Source of the DNA: Catajapyx aquilonaris
Lineage: Eukaryota
NCBI GenBank assembly: GCA_000934665.2
Contig: JYFJ02004405.1
Coordinates: 1-32,408 of the forward strand
DNA: 32,408 nucleotides
Direction: 5' to 3'
The notes below the pieces were generated by a model. That model made no database searches, was not told the origin of the DNA, and worked only from the letters and a program-made list of their open reading frames with translations. Below, in pieces: positions 11,400 to 22,330 of this stretch; position 1 is the stretch's first letter; every line of letters starts with the position of its first letter. A program made the translations under genes and the position numbers.

Positions 11400-11910
11400 G
11401 ATCCTAAAGATCGTACGAAAATCTGGAAAATGAGATGCCTTGAAAATACACTTTCACACTAAGATTATGTCCAAAATACACTTTCACACTAAGATTATGT
11501 CCAAAATACTGACTATGTCTGGGAAAACATTTCCATTAATCAGTTTAAATGTCATTGTCGCTCAGATATTGTGCAGCGTAGGAACATCACTGCATTGATT
11601 TTTTTTTCAGTGCATACTTTCCAGAAAAGGATTTTAAGAAAAATATAATCGATCTTAGCTTGTTCCTCAGAACTCTAGTGGTCATACCTTGCAGTGTTAA
11701 ATGCAGATTGTTAATTTTATTGAAAACATCGTCAAGGTCCTCTAATATTTGGATTAAATCTTGTCTGACTATCTGGACGACAGCGACAGTATCTTCACAA
11801 AATAATAGCAGCCACATTTCTGACAGGTCTAGACTAAAAATCTACGATACCTGTATATTCCTTGTGCTTGTATGCTTTCTGAAGGGAAACACCCTTTGTG
11901 AGTGGAAGCA
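11400..11910 (-). mobile_element. hAT (Buster/Charlie-type) transposase fragment
   Basis: LTKGVSLQKAY (WLSKG..L.R-like) and LEDLDDVFNKINNLHLTLQG (LAYL.D.F.KLN.LNL.LQG-like) occur in the expected order. Confidence 0.55.
11443..11509. repeat. 30-bp tandem duplication (2.2 copies)
   Basis: aaaatacactttcacactaagattatgtcc occurs twice exactly, followed by aaaatac. Confidence 0.95.
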
Positions 11911-13506
11911 AAAACCAGTGGGAGATTTATAGTAGGCCTAAGTACAGTACACATTTTTACGTATGGTCATTTTCTCTCTCCAGAAAACATTCCCTGATGC
12001 TGTTGAAGCAGGCTCCGGATATGAGTTTTCCATTGAACTGATTATAATCAGCTGATATCTTTGATAACCCCGAAAAGTAACTGTTTCATAGTAACTCCTG
12101 AAAAATAAATAGCTCAATGCCAAGACCCAGAAGACCATTTCATTTGAAACATGCTGAAGAGTTGAATGACATGATCATTGAATCTCGATGATAAGGTTGA
12201 TTTTTTGCACACAATTTGCACCATGTATTTGGCCATGTTATCGACGCTTGTTTTGGCGGTTGGAAGCAATATTAACAAGATAAAATAAATAGAGCATACC
12301 TTGGTTAGAACTTTACAAATAACGACAAGACACCTGAAAAATGTATTTTACAATAAATGGGAAAAGTAGAGTACTGAAAAATTAGTATAAAACATCAATG
12401 AATAGTGACAAAATAATAACAGTAGAGTTTGGTAATCGGTGCGCACTCTCGTGACGTCACAAGAGTGACGGTTGGCGTCGCGTCTTCGGTTTAGGAATAA
12501 TATTGCTGCTGCCTATGACACCATATTCGTATAGGCCTCTTTAAAAATAGAATTCAGCATGACACAGTTCCACAAAAGTCCCACAGTTGGCTTAGAAATT
12601 TGTGTATACAATCCTGCATCTTATTTCCTGTTGTTTTCTGTTCCCATAACCTGGAAGACAATGAGTGCTCGTGCATTGATGCTATGGAAGCCTCAACAGA
12701 AACTCGTAAATTCTTGTACACAATAAAGGTCATTTTAGTGTCAGTCACATTCCCTTCATTGCAATGAAATTTGTGTTATTGTTCCTGTAATTAGTTCAAT
12801 TTGCTGACTACATATTTTTGCATTGGGAGCATTGTATTTCTCAGGAACTAGGGCGTCCTCCTTTGTTGCAAAATCCAGAGGTTATTGCATTCCGTTTGTG
12901 AAATCTGATCTACCTACATTACAAAAAGGCATGCAGGTCTCAGATAACTTAATCAAAGTTCGCCGTCGAAATCTTCGGTGTAAGTGAAGATCATTGCACC
13001 CGGTTCAGCGAGGTGCTGATAAGACTTGCTTCGTCCTAACAATGCACACTAAAGCAAATCGCTCGTCCATGCGTGTCATTGACACCTAGCTCATCAGTCT
13101 CCTCTGATACCGCACAGCCCAACAAGTTCTCATTGGAAACCATTGTGAACTGTTGGAATAACCACTTTAAGGACACAATTCTTGAGACGCATATTTGTAC
13201 AAGCTGGTCGAAAATAGGAAAGAAGCATGACTAAATTGGTACAAAAAAGAGTTAGTATTAGATTTGCTTAAATATACGCAAACAAACAACAGTCGTAGGC
13301 AAAAATGAAAAGAAAAATGCCGACAAATTTATGATCAATATAAAAGCAACCCTGTCTGAGGAGTTGATTGTAACATAATTATACCGTCACCTATAGGGTA
13401 ACGCATGTCAATAAGGACAATCAGAGTTCAAGTAAACAACCGTGGTTTCATATAACTTCCACCTGACATATTTACTTTAAATATATTCCAATAAAAATTC
13501 CAATTA

Positions 13507-13633
13507 ACCCCCATAGTATGGAAAAAGACTACGATTTCCATAAGCAACCCATGTACGCGTGTATTTTTTTTGTACGCGTACGCGTACATGGGTTGCTTAT
13601 GGAAATCGTAGTCTTTTTCCATACTATGGGGGT
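13507..13633. repeat. Perfect 54-bp inverted repeat with 19-nt spacer, inside an unclassified repeat (~13436-14340)
   Basis: 13507-13560 is the exact reverse complement of 13580-13633. Confidence 0.95.
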
Positions 13634-14176
13634 CCCTGACAGTTTGTTAGACTAAGAAGAATTCATTTATTTTAAAGCCGAGGAATATTTGGTTTTAAAT
13701 GTTGAAAAAAGTCAAATCACCAAAAATGCGAAAAAAACGCGATTTTACCCAAGATTAGGCTTTTGCACACGCGTACTAGGGTTACATAGGAAAGTTCTAC
13801 TATTATTCCTTGATTGTAGGGTCTCTAAAGAGCCCATTACGCTACATTTTTTTTAAAAAAAAAGCCCTTACACTGTTCCGCAAAAATAGACGAAAAAGTA
13901 CCAAAAAGCGAAATTCTTTCCATAAAAGGACCCTGGAAAACCTACAGTTTCTATAAAAGATTGAATAGTGGCTTCGGACTAGCCCCAGGTAACACCTAAT
14001 GCCAGCAAAAACAAAAAAATCCGAAACTTACAGTGGTTGCCGGACCTTGAAATAGGCCAAAAGAACGTCAATATTTTGAATTTCTCCAAAATGGGATGGA
14101 TTTTTGGTCACCCTGACCCCCTGCAGATTTTGGAGGGAAATCCCGGGCGTTTCCCAGCTACTTTGGGTCCTACTAA

Positions 14177-14303
14177 GGGCCGGTTTCACCGAGCTCAGTA
14201 TATGATAAAACCTGGGTTCTTTCTCAAAATCCCTATCTCTTTGTATGGGATTTTCCTAAAGAAACCTGGTTTTATCATATACCAAGCTCGGTGAAACCGG
14301 CCC
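14177..14303. mobile_element. PIF/Harbinger (Tourist-like) MITE, 127 bp
   Basis: TAA TSD (14174-14176, 14304-14306); ~36-bp TIR starting GGGCCGGTTTCACCGAGCT, with 2 mismatches. Confidence 0.9.
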
Positions 14304-14361
14304 TAACATGACCTACATAGTGGTTTCCGAGTAACACGGCGATTTTTTTTTTTGTTGCGCT

Positions 14362-14570
14362 GTGTTATGTATGTCGACTGCGCATCATGCACAAACAGAT
14401 GGACAAACTGAAAGAACAAACAGGGTGTTGGAGGATATGTTGCGTATATATTGTAGGGAAGAACCGAAATGCTGGGATGAATCATTGGCGACGGTTGAAT
14501 TTGCGTTCAACAATGCTAAATCAACGTCAACGGGAATGTCTCCTTATTTTGCTGCAACGGGACTACACTC
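14362..14570 (+). mobile_element. Ty3/Gypsy integrase core fragment
   Basis: STAHHAQTDGQTERTNRVLEDMLRIY...WDESLATVEFAFNNAKSTSTGMSPY, the region around the catalytic Glu. Confidence 0.93.
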
Positions 14571-15260
14571 TATATGCCTAGGTATCATAATAGGGTCATT
14601 CCCACGTGCCACAAAATCTCGATCTTGAACCACGTTTCTGACTGGCAAAATCAGGATGTGATCAGGATCGTTTGGTGACTGTTTCCACGGGCCACATACT
14701 TTTCGTGATTTTCGGTGGAGTGGTCTGTAACCACGCCCACCCGCCTGGCGAAAAAATGACTCTCGCTTCGGCTCCCGGACAAAGGCACGGGTGACTCTAC
14801 GATAGGCATGGGTGTAATAGCATGGAGGCATGCTATCTACGTTATTACACAGGTCCTGGCTGCCCGCAGAGCGAGGGGGCAGACACGTGGGCAGACGGGG
14901 CCAAGCAGGGAGCCGCCATGTTGCCCGGTCCGGAGGGGGGAGTGACGTCAGGATCGCGACTCATAAGGTGACAGTCAACTTCTACAAGCTGGCTGCCACA
15001 GTCACCTTCGTAAACGCGTTCGGGTGGAGGAAGGGCATGTGGGAACACCCCAATCACGATTTTCGGGGGTAAGGATCATGATCCCTGTGGCACGAGGCCG
15101 GTACACACAGAGGGGAAGACAGATCACGTACCCGCATTTGTTGATCGTTTACGAGGTATATCATGAACAGAGGAAAGGACGCATTGAGACGAGCACAGGA
15201 AGTGCAGGTGAAATATTATGACCGGAAACATAGGCATGTAACTTACAAAAAAGGGATGTA

Positions 15261-16865
15261 GGGTAAAATTAGGTTGGATGGCAAGTCAGGTTGTATGGCA
15301 AAGATTTTTGTTAAATTAAAATAGTTAGGAAATCGCGCCTTTCTAAAGTTGCCGTTTATTCATACTGTGGAGCCACCTTCCAGCTGTGTTGCAAAAAATA
15401 CTTCACTGCCATATATTGTGTGACAACCTAATTATCCGAAGAGGAAGCCATATTGGAAATTGGTTGGAGTCAGCTGGAGAGCGGCCGGACCTCACGGTCA
15501 AAAACAGATTAATAGTGAGTTACAAAGTCAGTATTTCATCATTTAATGCATATGAATCCAATTTAGAAAGCTTGAAGAACAATTGTGACTAAACGCAGTT
15601 TTGAAAAATTCACAATAGCGCTCGTACAGGCCTTAACAAAGTTGGCAAATTTTTAAGGTTGCACCTGTCATGGAGGCACTCATTTTCCAACTTGGACTTG
15701 GGGTTACTAACATTCAAGGTGCCTTCAGAGGAGCGGGTCTGGTCCCACTAAACAGCTTTAAGGCGCGTTCACACTAGCTACGAAACGAACGGAACGGTAT
15801 GACGGAACGAACGGAAAGAGGGGAAAGGTGTTCAGACACAAAAGCGAGTGGCGTGGCTTTAGCCTCCGCATCCCGCAGCGCATGCGCTGTGCTTGAATTC
15901 TCGGGGAGGAAGCCGGATCTCCCTCGGGCTCTCCCTCCCTTCGGACCGGTATCATACCCTTCTCTTCTCCCATCTCCCGAGGCCCGCTCCCCCTGGGTCT
16001 CGACTCCCGACTGATGTCCTTCGTCCTGTCCTCGCCAGAGGCGCTGCCGGATTTCCCTTTCACTTTCGCTCGCCACACCCCTGCCTCTTTCCTGGCTCTT
16101 CCCATTGGTGGATAGGTCCGTAAGCCTACGTATTCCGTATTCCGTGTCCGTCAAAAGTTGATTTCTCCCGTCTTTTCCGTTTCGTAATCCCTTTCACTTT
16201 TCGTCATCCTCAAATGGGCTCTGATTGGTCCACTCTTTCGGATCGTTCTTTTCGTATGCTCCCGTCAGCTAGTGTGAACCCCCCTTTATGCAGTACCAGA
16301 CAGTGCGTTGGGTGCCAACGCAACAACTACTGATCCACCTGCTGCAGACAATGATGATATTCCACATGGTCAAGGAGAGCTCCTGCAGCTCCCCACAGTC
16401 AAAACTACCGCAAAAAGCTAAATGTATTACAACGCCTTTCCCTTCAGATTCACCAGTTAAAATCAGGCATATAGGCAATCCAACAAATGCAGCATCACAA
16501 TCCCATATGACATATGCATATGTGCTATGTGCATATGTGACAACAAATAAAATTAAGAAATTAAGAATTAATAGTGATTATTATTTCTGATAGACCTAAT
16601 AAATTGCCATGTAACCTTACACTTTGCCATGCAACCTGATGGGCTTGCCATTCAACCTACTGTTTTGAAAAATCTTACTTTTTGCAGCTGAAATTTAGAA
16701 GTTAATTAACATATAATGTATTGCTTATTTGCTTTCTGTAATTATTTACTTATGGTGAAGGATATTTGAAAAATGATATTGGCCCAAAACTTTGGTTAAA
16801 ATGGTGAACCTAACCTCGTAAAAAAAAAATCCTTGGAAAATTTGCCATCCAACCTTACTTTACCC
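15261..16865. mobile_element. Non-autonomous TA-flanked DNA transposon (probably Tc1/mariner/pogo superfamily)
   Basis: TIR GGGTAAAATTAGGTTGGATGGCAA vs TTGCCATCCAACCTTACTTTACCC (2 mismatches), with TA on both sides and subterminal ttgccat..aacct repeats at ~16600-16660. Confidence 0.7.
15761..16285. mobile_element. PIF/Harbinger MITE nested in the 15261-16865 element
   Basis: TTA TSD (15758-15760, 16286-16288); TIRs AGGCGCGTTCACACTAGCT / AGCTAGTGTGAACCCCCCT; acggaa/ttccgt subterminal repeats. Confidence 0.82.
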
Positions 16866-16884
16866 TATGTATTGGTGAGGTCGG

Positions 16885-17250
16885 ATGCTGTACGCCAACA
16901 TTGTGGTAATACGACAAAAAAAACTGATTCCTAAGTTTTTGGGGCCTTTTCTGATAGAGGATGTTCCTAGCAGGTTAACATGCAGGTTACGCTTGCCGAA
17001 GACTTTACGGATTCATACTGTCCTTCACGTTGGTCAATTGCGTAGATATGTTCCTAGAGACTCTGACAGACCCTCTAGTAGTGCTCGTCCTCCCCCATTG
17101 CATGTCGACAAGAAAAGTGCTGTGTATAAGGTATAGAAAAGATATTGAGGAGTAAATTGGTGAAGGGTAAAAAGATGTATTTGATCAAGTGGGAAGGGTA
17201 TCCGACGAGCGAAGCGACTTGGGAGGCTCCATATTATGATCATGTAAACA
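16885..17250 (+). mobile_element. Ty3/Gypsy integrase C-terminus: GPY/F motif plus chromodomain (chromovirus)
   Basis: KKLIPKFLGPF...RLRLPKTLRIHTVLHVGQLRRY...PPPL. Correcting a 2-nt insertion at ~17134 gives YKVEKILRSKLVKGKKMYLIKWEGYPTSEATWE. Confidence 0.92.
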
Positions 17251-18042
17251 TCTGTTGTTGTGATTTTGCTATTTAGTTTCTTCGGTTTGGCGGTGGGTGC
17301 ATGTATTGGAATTCCCATTGGACTTGTTTGACACCTTCGTTTCTTTTGTGCGTGCTTTTGTGGTATTGATAAAAATACGAAGGCCACTGAGGTGAGAGCT
17401 TGTAAAGGAGATAGCGACCAACCACGGTGGGTAGCAGTGGTGCTTCCGCTCGCTCCTGACGTTGTCATTTGCCACTTACCTGACCATTATACAGTGTGTG
17501 TGTTTTCAAGGACAACATACATATACTTTCCAAGCCATCGTTTTGGGACGTTATTCGGGGTGCTCCTTTTTGTCCACCGTCTATTTGGGGTAACCTCGTT
17601 ACAATACCTGACCTTATTGACTTCCAAAAGGGCATATTGCACAACATTCATCTATGTGGGTGCTCCGAAAAATAATTAAAATATACACGTGGTTCACAGT
17701 GACGCACTTGCCCCGCGATATGGGGCAAGTGCGATTGTGGAATTTTCTCAAGAGTAATAAACATTGTTCGGGTTGCATATGTGACTAGCGCCATAAAGAC
17801 ACAAACTTCCGCTGTCAGTCGGTTTTTTCCGAATGAAAATATTCCAACTAGTTCTTACAGAACAAACTTTTATTCATTGCTTCACAACAGATTGGCTAAC
17901 AGTAAGGACATTATCTCATTTAAATGCATCATGTCGAAATGTTTTCACTCCACGAAATTAGCATGTAGCCAGTCGCGGACTATCCACTGGTGACCAAAAA
18001 AATATGTCTTGTCGCCTCTTTTGGGATTCACTATCATTTTAA

Positions 18043-18657
18043 CTGCATGTTGCGGCTGGAGATCTGACTGAACCGTGGCTTCTGCAAGCCCTGAGGTCGG
18101 CCGGAATGTCTCAACTGAAGTCGCTCAGGATCCAGGATGTCCAGGATAATTACGGGAACAGTAAGGGTTATCTTAGTGCCATGGTCAAACTGAGGGCGGA
18201 GTTAAAGGCAGGAGAAGACACAGTTGTCAAGGATTTTGTTGTGAAGCTGCTGCCACCTGACCCGATGGCAAGAGAGTAGGTCCTGAAGGGCGGAGTGGAC
18301 ATCGCTGAGATACAGGCGTACAAGACTCTTCTCAAAGATGTGATTGAAATTGAAGACAAGTTTGGCGGTTCCTACTTGAAAGAGTCGTTGCCTAGGTTAG
18401 TGTATGATGAGTATTGTCGCAAGCCAAAGCCCAAGTAAATCCTTATCCTCCTGAGACCCCTGGTACAGTATACTGTACCTTTGTTTTTTCCAGCACCTTC
18501 TGACTAACTCAAACGCGTAAAAAAAACAAAAAACAAAGGTGATTGAAAGGTGTACTAGGGGTCTCAGGAGGTTATGCTGGAGGACTGGAAGGTTCTTGGG
18601 TATGACTGTAGAATTTATGCGCGGGCTTGACTTAGACCATAATATAATTATGGTATT
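18043..18657 (+). pseudogene. Ecdysteroid kinase-like (EcKL / CHK kinase-like) pseudogene, 5' part
   Basis: One frame reads DLTEPWLLQAL...NSKGYLSAMVKLRAEL...DFVVKLLPPDPMARE*VLKGGVDIAEIQAYKTLL...LPRLVY...*ILMLEDWKVLGY, then LDLDH after a frameshift. Stops at 18277 and 18436. ILMLED is restored only by removing the 18447-18571 MITE and one TSD copy. Confidence 0.8.
18447..18571. mobile_element. piggyBac-like MITE, 125 bp, TTAT target duplication
   Basis: 21-bp TIR CCTCCTGAGACCCCT(G/A)GTACA; TTAT on both flanks (18443-18446, 18572-18575); internal palindrome ggtacagtatactgtacc. Confidence 0.8.
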
Positions 18658-18661
18658 TGCA

Positions 18662-21600
18662 CACAGGCTCTGTTTGCCATGCTGAACAACATATCAAAAG
18701 TCCCCAACTCTCCCCTGTCCGCGTCATGTTTTTTTTGGCTCAAGAAGTACATAAGTGACACTCGCTTTGGAATTGGCTATAAAATCGAAACTACTCGTCC
18801 GATTTTGCTCGGATTCCTCTTAAAATGTTTACAATTGGATGCACAACGTGACTATCAGGTCATCATATCACCTGCAAGTCAAGGTCACCGTGAAAACGCC
18901 CGCCAAGTTTGAATTTGCTCCTTGCACATTTGAAAACACCAAAATAATCAGTTCCGCACAGCAGACTCGACAAATTGTGTAGGGCGGAAAAGGTTTCCTC
19001 GAATTCTCACCTTTACAACGATGTCACTGGCATGATTGTGTGATCATCTGTTAAAAAACTGTCAAAATATTTCATAGTGCTCTTAGCGCGGTCCCATCGT
19101 GCTAGTCGGAGCGGTACACTTGGAAAAACGGTATAAAATGCTGCAAATTTTTACAGAAAGAAAGCCACTTTGCACATACGTTCCATAGACAAAGGCGAGC
19201 AATTTGATACGAAGCACCCTGACCCTTGACCTTGTAGGGTCAAAATGGCGACCATTTTGGAAAAATGTCAAATATTTTTTGAACATTCCAAATTGCCTCT
19301 CCATGGCAATTTTGGTGTCATTTCCGCATAATTCGAGGTCTCTAAGACAATTGGTAACATGTGTCACTAGTGTGTGACCTATGTTGCTTTCAGGTTCCCT
19401 GGAATTCTTTTGTTTGGTCCTGGGGTCAGTCGCCTGCTGACTGAATTTCAGGGTACCCACAGCGAAAAGAGTCAGGGAACACGTCGTCATGAACAGTACC
19501 ACTTTTGTTTACCAGTTCCATGCAATACCCACAGTTTCATTCCTTAGATCAAGAACGTTGAGTCTATGATTATTTAAAAAAAGATGAAACCTCCAACACT
19601 AGCACATCAGTATCGGAGCATCGAATAATTCTGCACTGCATCCTTCAAATTCAGTATTATGTATTTATTTTATTTATTTAGTTACCCCGTTTCAGGGCGG
19701 GGCCCTTTTGGGGGGACACTTCTGTCGTTATAATACATTGCATCGGAAATTACATTACATACAATTCGGTCACTCATGATACATGTATACTGGAAGATTC
19801 AGGGGAAATACCCTCAAAAGTAAATTCGCTTTCCAACATTATCAAAGAAATTGAATAGGCGATATAACACCTCTGTTGGCAAGTATTCAAAAAGTAGGCG
19901 GGTCTTATCAGGCGGCTTGACTCTCAGGTCCGACACAAAGTTTACCCTGGGCGTATTTAAAAAAGGACAACTGTACAAAATGTGATGCAATGACAAGGCT
20001 TCAGGTGAATTGCACCACGAGCATGGGACCTCCCTCTCGAAGGTAATTTTTTGGCCACGTATGTATCAGGAAGTGGATTGATTTCTGAGATTGTCACCTT
20101 CATATGCAGTATAATTGAGTGATCTGACTGTGATATTTAAAAAAACTGCCAAGACCACTCGGAAAAACAGGTCGTAAAATGAGCAAAAACTGACTCGTAC
20201 AATCATGAAACTTTTTACGTCCATATGTTTCCGGAGTTCAGTTACAAACACAGTCTTGTGCAATTAAGACCACATGACATTAAAATTCGTGATTGCTGAC
20301 TTGCTGTACGTATTTGTGTTACACCCCCTAATAGTGGACTTGGTCGTTTTTGATCTCAGACCCCCCAATTTTTCCATCAGCTATACTTCCATCTCGACAG
20401 ACGAAGCATAGAGAAGAGAGGCTTCTTTCCGTGATGAGTGAAATACGCCTCCCACATTATTTATAACAATATTCAGCACGTAAGACTTGATTTGGGCACT
20501 GTACTGCTCGAAAGATTTGACATTTGAGTTCGGGCTTTGGCTTCACCATGTGGAGCAAAGCAGAACCATCGTATCCCACTGCATCACATCTCTCTGGCTG
20601 TTGGGATAACAGTCATAACACACAGTCAAAAGCTCTCCAAAATGGGTACTAGAGGAGTCTTCGATCCTCGATGGAGATCTCCACAATAATTCAGGTGGAA
20701 AAATATGATTCTCATGTTTAAAAAAAGAATCCAAGTCTAGCTGTCAATGTGGCCTGACAATGAAGAGGCCCCAGAAAAATATTGCAAGAGTATAGTTACT
20801 TTCATCTGCTTGCTTTGTGTCTTTTGAACAAACCTCTTCTTCATGGAGAAGATTTTGACATTATATTTACTGATTGGCGAATACATTAATTTAGAATTTC
20901 TTTTACAAGTCTCTCTTCAACAAATTCGTGAAAATAATCCATGCCGATCATCTACCTTGTTCAAAGCAGCGTCAACGCGGGTATCTAGTGAAATAAGTTC
21001 TGAGCCCCTTATCCTGAAAGGATTTTTTGCTGGAGTAAAACTTTTCGAGGAAGGATCTTGGGAAAGAATGGTAATGTTCATGATGACGAGTTCCCTGACT
21101 CTTTTCGCCGTGGGTACCTTGATTTTCAGTCAGCAGGCGACTGACCCCAGGACCAAACAAACGAACCCTGGGAACCTGAAAGCGACCGCAAGGTATGCAG
21201 TAAGGACACCAGAAATCACGTGTACTACTCGCTTACGGGTGCATATCGCCATCACCTGAGGGCTTCTGTTGAAATCAAATATGGCGCCTCTCTGGTCTCA
21301 GAATGGACGATTCGAGATTTTTAGTGTCATTGTCGGTTTCAGTGACAGCAAATTATATCTAAAATTCTAAACGATACTTCACATGCCACCCTTTAGGCGA
21401 AAATATCATTAGACATAGCCCAGTATGCTAATTTCAAAATGGCTATCATAGGTCACAAACTAGTGACCTTATGACCTCCTGCATGTTACCAATATTGTCT
21501 TAGCGACCTCGAATTATGCGGAAATGACACCAACATTGCCATAGAGAGGCAATTTGGAATTTTCAAAAAATATTTGACCTTTTTTCCAAAATGGTCGCCA

Positions 21601-22173
21601 TTTTGACCCTACAAGGTCAAGGGTCAGGGTGCTTCGGATCAAATTGCTCGCCTTAGTCTATGTGCAAGGTGGCTTTCTTTCTGTAAGAATTTGCAGCATT
21701 TTATACCGTTTTTCCAAGTGTACCGCTCCGACTAGCACGATGGGACCGCGCTAAGAGCACTGAAATATTTTGACAGTTTTTTAACAGATGATCACACAAT
21801 CATGCCAGTGACATCGTTGTAAAGGTGAGAATTCGAGGAAACCTTTTCCGCCCTACACAATTTGTCGAGTCTGCTGTGCGGAACTGATTATTTTGGTGTT
21901 TTCAAAAGTGCAAGGAGCAAATTCAAACTTGGCGGGCGTTTTCACGGTGACCTTGACTTGCAGGTGATATGATGACCTGATAGTCACGTTGTGCATCCAA
22001 TTGTAAACATTTTAAGAGGAATCCGAGCAAAATCGGACGAGTAGTTTCGATTTTATAGCCAATTCCAAAGCGTGTGTCACTTATGTACTTCTTGAGCCAA
22101 AAAAAACATGACGCGGGCAGGGGAGAGTCGGGGACTTTTGATATGTTGTTCAGGATGCCAAACAGAGCCTGTG
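18662..22173 (-). mobile_element. AcademX-like non-autonomous DNA transposon with ~700-bp inverted arms
   Basis: 18662-~19380 is a near-identical inverse of ~21447-22173; ends CACAGG...CCTGTG; 4-bp TSD TGCA (palindromic, so the boundary is slightly ambiguous). Internal minus-strand remnants GPGVSRLLTE..HHEH, GSELISLDT, DLDSFFKHENHIFPPEL, KSFEQY, IILNLKDAVQN and LWVLHGTGK resemble the XPG/PIN-containing Academ protein. Confidence 0.72.
19665..20059 (-). mobile_element. 5'-truncated LINE (ORF2 C-terminal zinc knuckle, 3' UTR, (TAAA)n tail) nested in the Academ element
   Basis: CSWCNSPEALSLHHILYSCPFL...RIYF* (CCHC-like); TAAATAAATAAAATAAATA tail; candidate TSD TATGTAT at 19658-19664 and 20060-20066. 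Confidence 0.75.
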
Positions 22174-22196
22174 TGCATTACATTATTTTTGTCCGG

Positions 22197-22330
22197 GTAA
22201 AAACCTAAAACTCATGGGCTCAGTATTGGACTTCAGCACATGAAAGGTAGATGGCAGGAGAGTATAAAAAGCACTACAATCTCAAAATCGGAGGTCGGTT
22301 GGGATATCCTGTTTTTCCTCTGACCGCCTC
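22197..22330 (+). pseudogene. EcKL pseudogene, continuation after the Academ insertion
   Basis: KTHGLSIGLQHMKG matches the LAK.HA.S motif that follows LDLEH in EcKL proteins. A possible degenerate HGD.W motif (NVLRSGNWWC) lies at ~22596-22625. Confidence 0.55.

Larger units (their letters stand above)
10910..13197 (-). mobile_element. Old Tc1/mariner element carrying nested insertions
   Basis: TA-flanked diverged TIRs (TA|CAGGGTGT...CCTTAAAGTGGTT at 10908-10946; AACCACTTTAAGG...TG|TA at 13160-13199). Minus-strand remnants: LIKLSET....GRS (~12900-12965), TVWGELS, RDANTPTGH (QDNA..H-like) and EWPTSLP (WP..SPDL-like). Confidence 0.5.

Noticed and set aside
11443..11509. CRISPR-like 30-bp repeats
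   Set aside because: The copies are adjacent with no spacers and the context is eukaryotic; it is a simple tandem duplication.
12449..12544. TGACGTCA palindrome and a Kolobok-like end (GGCCTCTTTAA)
   Set aside because: No matching opposite terminus was found, and a lone CRE-like site inside TE debris is not evidence of regulation.
14592..15050. Harbinger-like MITE (GGGTCATTCCCACGTGCC / GGCATGTGGGAACACCCC)
   Set aside because: The TIR match is partial and there is no clean TSD. It is probably a TE, but the boundaries are unsupported.
15758..16154. GC-rich overlapping ORFs of 115-126 aa
   Set aside because: They lie within a Harbinger MITE, are low in complexity and show no protein motif.
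17253..17698. 3' LTR of the chromovirus
   Set aside because: No polypurine tract, no clear TG...CA inverted ends, and no second LTR to compare.
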